DNA of 64,000 nucleotides from Gaiellaceae bacterium (GTDB lineage Bacteria; Actinomycetota; Thermoleophilia; Gaiellales; Gaiellaceae): NCBI GenBank assembly GCA_035688315.1, contig DASSND010000066.1, positions 4,237 to 68,236 of the forward strand, read 5' to 3'. Shown piece by piece: positions 59,499 to 64,000 of this stretch (position 1 is its first letter; each line of letters starts with the position of its first letter). The notes under the pieces were generated by a model. It saw only the letters and a program-made list of their open reading frames with translations, ran no database searches and was not told where the DNA came from. The position numbers and the translations under genes were made by a program.

Positions 59499-60601
59499 TC
59501 CCAGACCTTGACCGGCCGGTAGAGCGTGTCGCGCTGTACCGGGGTCTTGCCGAGCGAGCGGATCAGGTGGACGAGCTCCTCGGTGCTCGTGCGGTGGGTC
59601 GTGCCGGCGGCCGAGACGACGTTCTCCTCGATCATCACGCTGCCGAGGTCGTCGGCGCCGAAGCCGAGCGCGACCTGGCCGATCTTCTTGCCCTGGGTCA
59701 CCCAGGAGGAGCCGATGTGCGGCACGTTGTCGAGGTAGATGCGCGAGACCGCCTGCGTGAGCAGGTAGTCGAACGAGGTGGGCCGGTTCTCGACCGGGAC
59801 GAGCGAGACGAGCCGGTTGCCGTCGTCCTGGAACGTCCACGAGAAGAAGGCGCGGAAGCCGCCGGTCTCGTCCTGCAGGTCGCGGATCCGCCGCAGGTGC
59901 TCGACGCGCTCCTCGAGCGTCTCGACGTGGCCGTACATCATCGTCGCGGTCGTCGAGATGCCGAGCCGGTGCGCCTCGCGCATCACGCCGAGCCACTCCT
60001 TCGTCTTCGTCTTCTTCGGCGCGATGATCCTGCGCACGCGGTCGACGAGGATCTCGGCGCCGCCGCCGGGGATCGAGTCGAGGCCGGCGTCGCGGAGGCG
60101 CACGAGCGTCTCGGGCACGGTCAGCTTCGAGCGGCGCGCCGCGTGCAGGATCTCCGACGGCGAGAGCGCGTGCAGGTGGATCGGGTAGCGCGCCTTGATC
60201 GAGGAGAAGAGGTCCTCGTAGTAGTCGACGCCGAGGTCGGGGTGGTGGCCGCCCTGCATCAGGAGGCCGGTGCCGCCGAGCGCGAGCGTCTCCTCGATCT
60301 TCTTGAAGATCACCGGCTTCGGCAGCAGGTAGCCCTCGCGCGCGTCGCCGGGGCGCCGGTAGAAGGCGCAGAAGTCGCAGTCGGTCGTGCAGACGTTCGT
60401 GTAGTTGAGGTTGCGGTCGACGATGAACATGATCCGTTCCGGGTCGTGCAGGCGGTTGCGGATCGCGTTCGCGGCGCGGCCGACCGAGACGAGGTCGCGG
60501 GAGCGCAGGAGCGCGACCGCCTCGGCGTCGTCGATCCGCTCGCCGGCGACCGCCTTCTCGAGGATCTCCGCGACGCCGGCGCCCGGCGCGACCGCGGTCA
60601 C
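59495..60601 (-). CDS. mqnC: Cyclic dehypoxanthinyl futalosine synthase (radical SAM)
   Basis: In-frame GTG at 60601 (GTGA overlap). Contains NLNYTNVCTTDCDFCAFYR (CxxxCxxC), LLMQGGHHP, GLDSIPGGGAEIL, TATMMYGHVET, GGFRAFFSWTF and SSWVTQG. The MqnC versus MqnE assignment comes from remembered family differences. Confidence 0.7.
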   Translation of the reverse strand: MTAVAPGAGVAEILEKAVAGERIDDAEAVALLRSRDLVSVGRAANAIRNRLHDPERIMFIVDRNLNYTNVCTTDCDFCAFYRRPGDAREGYLLPKPVIFKKIEETLALGGTGLLMQGGHHPDLGVDYYEDLFSSIKARYPIHLHALSPSEILHAARRSKLTVPETLVRLRDAGLDSIPGGGAEILVDRVRRIIAPKKTKTKEWLGVMREAHRLGISTTATMMYGHVETLEERVEHLRRIRDLQDETGGFRAFFSWTFQDDGNRLVSLVPVENRPTSFDYLLTQAVSRIYLDNVPHIGSSWVTQGKKIGQVALGFGADDLGSVMIEENVVSAAGTTHRTSTEELVHLIRSLGKTPVQRDTLYRPVKVWD

Positions 60602-61374
60602 GCGACCGCCGCCCCGGTCGTCTGCACGAAGCGCAGCTCGGGCACCGTCTCGAGCAGCCCCGCGTCGCGCGCCAGCTCGAGGAACGTGTAGAGGCCGGCG
60701 CGCTCGCGCGGCCCGAAGCGGTAGCGGAGCTTCTCGAAGTAGCGGGCGAGGAAGCCGGCCGGGTAGCCGTAGCGCTCCGCCGCCTCGTAGGCGAGCCGCT
60801 CCGGCTCGGCGCGCGCGAGCCGTACCGAGGCGACGAGCGCGTCCTCCAGCTCGGCGAGCCCGTCGGCGAGCGGCTCCGGGCACGCCCAGACCGCGAACAC
60901 CATCGGCAGCCCCGTCCGCTCGAGCCAGAGCCGGCCGAGGTCGTAGTGCGGAGTCGGGTCCTCGAATGCCGACTTGAGCGCAGCGTCCCCGATCAGGAGC
61001 TTCGCCTCCGCCTCGCCCGACTCGTACGCCTCGAGAGGCGCCTGCGCCGCCTCCGGCAGCAGCACCTTCGTGAGCGCGACCGAGGTGGCGGACTCGGAGG
61101 TCACGGCGACGACGCGCACCTGCTCGAGCGGCGTCCGCGTGACGAGCTGGATCGAGTCGACCGCGCCCTCCGAGGCGACGCAGAGGCGCGGCAGCAGCCG
61201 CAGCTTCTCGGCGTGGCGGGCGTAGGCGATCGAGGAGATCGGCGCCGTGTCGAGGTCGCCGGCGACGAGCATCCGGTTCAGTTCGGTCGGCACGCCCTGG
61301 ATCTCCTCGACGTCGGCGTCGACCCGGTAGAAGACCGGCGCCATGTTGACGTAGCTGATCCGCCCGAGCTTCAC
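60598..61374 (-). CDS. mqnA: Chorismate dehydratase (futalosine pathway)
   Basis: In-frame GTG at 61374 (GTGA overlap). Sequence: VKLGRISYVNMAPVFYRVDADVEEIQGVPTELNRMLVAGDLDTAPISSIAYARH...LLIGDAALK...GLPMVFAVWA. It lies between two mqn radical-SAM genes. Confidence 0.75.
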   Translation of the reverse strand: MKLGRISYVNMAPVFYRVDADVEEIQGVPTELNRMLVAGDLDTAPISSIAYARHAEKLRLLPRLCVASEGAVDSIQLVTRTPLEQVRVVAVTSESATSVALTKVLLPEAAQAPLEAYESGEAEAKLLIGDAALKSAFEDPTPHYDLGRLWLERTGLPMVFAVWACPEPLADGLAELEDALVASVRLARAEPERLAYEAAERYGYPAGFLARYFEKLRYRFGPRERAGLYTFLELARDAGLLETVPELRFVQTTGAAVA

Positions 61375-62477
61375 CAGCGCCTCAGCTCGTTGTAGAGGCT
61401 GTCGCGCTGGACGGGCACGCGCCCGGCCGCGCGGACGAAGCGGACGAGCTCCGCGACCTTCTGCTCGGTGCCGGCGGTCGCGCCCGCGGCCTGGAAGATC
61501 TTCTCGCGCACCACGGTCCCCTGGACGTCGTCGGCGCCGAAGTGGAGCGCGACCTGGGCGAGCGGCAGGCCCATCATGATCCAGTACGCCTTCACGTGCG
61601 GGATGTTGTCGAGCAGCAGCCGCGCGACCGCGATCACCTTCAGGTCGTCGGCGCCCGTCGTGAACTTGAAGCCGCGCCGCTCGAACACGGTGTTCTCCGG
61701 GTGGAACGCGAGCGGGATGAAGGAGAGGAAGCCCCCCGTCCTGTCCTGCTGGTCGCGCAGCCGCAACAGGTGGTCGACGCGCTCCTCGTAGGTCTCGACG
61801 TGCCCGTAGAGCATCGTGCACTGGGTCGTGATCCCGAGCCGGTGCGCGGTGTCGTGGACGTCGAACCATTCGTCCGGATGCTCCTTCCCGGGCGCGATCA
61901 GCGCGCGCACGCGCTCGGAGAAGATCTCGGCGCCGCCGCCCGGCATCGAGTCGAGGCCCGCGTCGCGAAGCGTGCGCAGCACCTCCTCGTGCGAGCAGCC
62001 TTCGAGCTTCGACATGTGGTGGATCTCGGAGGCCGTGTAGAACTTGAGATGGACGTCCGGCAGCGCCTGCTTCAGCTTGCGGAGCAGCCCCGCGTAGTAC
62101 TCGAGGTCGACGTGCGGGTTCTCGCCGTTGACCGTGTGGATCTCCGTGAAGCCGAGCAGCTCGTGCTGCTCGACCGCGTCCGCGACGAACTCGTCCGCGT
62201 CGATCGTGAACGCGTCGTCCTGCTTGCGCGTGCGCGCGAACGCGCAGAACTTGCACTTCACGCGGCAGACGTTGGTCTGGTACAGGTTGATGTTCTGGAC
62301 GAAGTAGACCTCGTCGCCGCCGCCGCGGCGGCGCCGCGCGAGGTCGGCCAGCTCGCCGAGCGCGAGCAGGTCGTCGCTCTCCATCAGCGTGACGCCGTCC
62401 TCGAAGTCGAGGCGTTCGCCGGACTCGACCTTCTCGCGGATCGGGGCGAGCGTGTCGAGCGTGTCGAGGACTGCCAC
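61371..62477 (-). CDS. mqnE: Aminodeoxyfutalosine synthase (radical SAM)
   Basis: In-frame GTG at 62477 with GAAAGG 9 nt upstream. Contains NINLYQTNVCRVKCKFCAF (CxxxCxxC), GLDSMPGGGAEIF, CTMLYGHVET, GGFLSFIPLAFHPENT, HVKAYWIMMG and ADDVQGTVV. Confidence 0.7.
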   Translation of the reverse strand: MAVLDTLDTLAPIREKVESGERLDFEDGVTLMESDDLLALGELADLARRRRGGGDEVYFVQNINLYQTNVCRVKCKFCAFARTRKQDDAFTIDADEFVADAVEQHELLGFTEIHTVNGENPHVDLEYYAGLLRKLKQALPDVHLKFYTASEIHHMSKLEGCSHEEVLRTLRDAGLDSMPGGGAEIFSERVRALIAPGKEHPDEWFDVHDTAHRLGITTQCTMLYGHVETYEERVDHLLRLRDQQDRTGGFLSFIPLAFHPENTVFERRGFKFTTGADDLKVIAVARLLLDNIPHVKAYWIMMGLPLAQVALHFGADDVQGTVVREKIFQAAGATAGTEQKVAELVRFVRAAGRVPVQRDSLYNELRRW

Positions 62478-62485
62478 GGTGGCGC

Positions 62486-63397
62486 TTACCTTTCGCGGTT
62501 GACGACGGCGTGCGTCAGCGCCTCGAGCCGGTCGCGGTGCAGCTCGCCGTTGAGGCACGCCCTGGCCCGGCTAGCGTAGTCGAGCGCCACCTCGCGGGAG
62601 CGCTCCAACGCGCCCGTGGCGGCGACCCGGAGCAGCACCCCGTCGAGCGGCCCACCGGCGAGCGCGGCCCGCACGACCGCGTCTTCCCGCGCCGCGAGCA
62701 GCAGCGGCAGCGTCGGCGTCCCGTCGCGGAGGTCCGTGCCCGCGATCTTCCCGGTCTCGATCGTCGTGCCGGCGCAGTCGAGCACGTCGTCGGCGATCTG
62801 GAACGCGATCCCGAGCGCGAGCCCGTACTCGCCGGAGCCGCCGCCGAGCCGGCACGCCGCCTCGAACAGCTTCCCCGTCTTGAGCGCGCAGCGCTCGAGG
62901 TACGCGTCCACCGTGGTCGCCGGGTCGTGCGTCTGCAGCCGCTGCAGCGCCTCGCCGCGCGCGAGGCAGAGCGTCGCGTCGGCGAGGATCTCGACCGCGG
63001 CGGCGTCGCCGGTCGCCGCCAGCTCCGCGAACGCGCGCGCGAAGAGGTAGTCGCCGGTCGCGCGCGCCGCGTCCGCGCCGTAGACCGACCACGCGGCCGC
63101 CTTGCCGCGCCGGAAGTGCGCGCGGTCGATCAGGTCGTCGTGGACGAGGGTCGCCATGTGCACCAGCTCGACCGCGACCCCTGCCGCAAGCGACGGTTCC
63201 CGCCCGCGCGGCGTCGAGAGGAAGACGAGCGCCGGCCGCAGCCGCTTGCCGCCCGCCGCGAGCGCCTCGTTCCCGACCGCGGCAACGAGCCCGGGGTGGC
63301 TGGCGACGGACCGTGCGAGCCGCTCCTCGAGCTCGTCGAGGTACTTCTCCAGCCCGGGAACCGCACGGATCCCGTCCAGCGTGGCGGTCGCGTTCAC
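62486..63397 (-). CDS. Polyprenyl diphosphate synthase (trans-IPPS, hepta/octaprenyl type for the menaquinone side chain)
   Basis: In-frame GTG at 63397 (GTGA overlap). Contains GGKRLRPALVFL, the first DDxxD in ATLVHDDLIDRA, and the second in FQIADDVLDCAG...GKIAGTDLRDG. Confidence 0.85.
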   Translation of the reverse strand: MNATATLDGIRAVPGLEKYLDELEERLARSVASHPGLVAAVGNEALAAGGKRLRPALVFLSTPRGREPSLAAGVAVELVHMATLVHDDLIDRAHFRRGKAAAWSVYGADAARATGDYLFARAFAELAATGDAAAVEILADATLCLARGEALQRLQTHDPATTVDAYLERCALKTGKLFEAACRLGGGSGEYGLALGIAFQIADDVLDCAGTTIETGKIAGTDLRDGTPTLPLLLAAREDAVVRAALAGGPLDGVLLRVAATGALERSREVALDYASRARACLNGELHRDRLEALTHAVVNRER

Positions 63398-64000
63398 TCC
63401 TCGGCCTCCCCTACGTGCAGGGCCACGATACCCCCTGCAAAGAGCCGGAATCGCACCCTCGCGAAACCGGTGCGCGCGAGCAGGTCGGCCAGCTCCTCGG
63501 GCGGCAGGAAGCGGCGCACGCTCGCCGGGAGGTAGGCGTACGCAGCGCCGCCCGGCAGGAGCTTGCCGAGCAGCGGCACGACCCGGTCGAACCACACGCG
63601 GTAGAAGGGGGCGAGCGGCCCGCGCGGCGTCGTGATCTCGAGGATCGCGAGCCGTCCGCCGGGACGGAGGACGCGGCGCAGTTCCCGCAGCCCCGCCTCG
63701 AGGTCGGCGACGTTGCGGACGCCGAAGCCGACGGTGGCCGCGTCGAAGCTTGCGTCCGCGAACGGGAGCGCGAGCATGTCGCCCTGGACCCACTCGATCG
63801 CGGGCTCCTTGCGCCGGGCGCGGACGAGCATCTGCTCCGCGAAGTCGAGCCCGACCACCTCGCCGGCCCCCGCCCTCCGCGCCGCGATCGCGAGGTCGCC
63901 GGTGCCGCAGCAGGCGTCGAGGACGCGATCGCCCGGGTGTACCGCCTCGCGCACCGCGATCGCTCGCCAGCGCCGATCGAGCCCGGCGGTCATCACCCGG
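63394..64000 (-). CDS. ubiE: Demethylmenaquinone/ubiquinone C-methyltransferase; N-terminus lies beyond the right edge
   Basis: Contains LDRRWRAIAV, RVLDACCGTGDLA (SAM motif I), FDAATVGFGVRNV, LRPGGRLAILE and YAYLPASV. The frame stays open to position 64000 and about 35 N-terminal residues expected for the family are missing. Confidence 0.8.
   Translation of the reverse strand, partial: RVMTAGLDRRWRAIAVREAVHPGDRVLDACCGTGDLAIAARRAGAGEVVGLDFAEQMLVRARRKEPAIEWVQGDMLALPFADASFDAATVGFGVRNVADLEAGLRELRRVLRPGGRLAILEITTPRGPLAPFYRVWFDRVVPLLGKLLPGGAAYAYLPASVRRFLPPEELADLLARTGFARVRFRLFAGGIVALHVGEAEE

Noticed and set aside
1-64000. A search for tRNA, rRNA, tmRNA and riboswitch-like leaders, and for long direct or inverted repeats.
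   Set aside because: The spacers are nearly all under 150 nt. I saw no cloverleaf-compatible or rRNA-like segments and no long non-coding stretch. Absence is based on visual inspection only, so tRNAscan/Infernal should confirm it.

Overview
Limits: every family assignment below comes from by-eye motif recognition and recalled family knowledge, with no database search. Internal start coordinates were checked only for frame consistency against the ORF track, and non-coding coordinates may be off by 1-2 nt.

This is a very GC-rich (by eye >70% G+C), almost gap-free coding segment of an actinobacterial-type chromosome. The futalosine menaquinone genes, an F420/LLM-type oxidoreductase, FlgD-Ig proteins and 'P-x-I-[ST]-G...W-x-R-C-D' repeat proteins suggest a Thermoleophilia/Solirubrobacterales-like organism, but that is inference only.

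I call about 63 CDS. I see no rRNA, tRNA, CRISPR array, transposase or integrase. Most very long ORFs in the six-frame track are GC-driven shadow ORFs or carry spurious Arg/Pro/Ala-rich N-terminal extensions. I trimmed starts to in-frame ATG/GTG codons that overlap the preceding stop. More than 30 same-strand junctions overlap by 1-32 nt, mostly ATGA/GTGA.

Modules:
- (i) 1-18.9 kb: a surface-glycan locus with Wzy-like and Wzx-like proteins, glycosyltransferases, sugar epimerases, a methyltransferase, three ATP-grasp ligases, two embedded TetR/MFS cassettes and two tiny acidic paralogs.
- (ii) 18.8-23.7 kb: housekeeping-type genes (AKR, MaoC hydratase, HelD-like ATPase, LLM oxidoreductase), plus a striking (GATGTA)n hexanucleotide microsatellite.
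- (iii) 23.7-36.9 kb: one tightly coupled 14-gene minus-strand operon. It joins sulfate activation/reduction (cysD, cysNC, cysC, PAPS-type cysH) to phosphosulfolactate synthase ComA, a class-I fumarase/tartrate-dehydratase-like alpha/beta pair, a fumarate-reductase-like flavoprotein, two tandem TauE/SafE exporters and a Wzy/PIG-L/GNAT glycan module. This is a candidate new organosulfonate pathway.
- (iv) 36.9-42.2 kb: a complete streptolysin-S-like azole RiPP (TOMM/LAP) operon. Its 53-aa Cys-rich precursor is absent from the ORF track, and it includes a CPBP-protease::ABC-ATPase fusion.
- (v) 42.2-58.6 kb: a LysR/ADH pair, further glycan genes (sugar-phosphate transferase, AsnB, DUF354, PglF/PglE-like pair, DedA, phosphodiester glycosidase), a secreted repeat protein and a UvrD-family helicase.
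- (vi) 59.5-64.0 kb: a futalosine operon (mqnC-mqnA-mqnE-polyprenyl synthase-ubiE, transcribed right to left).
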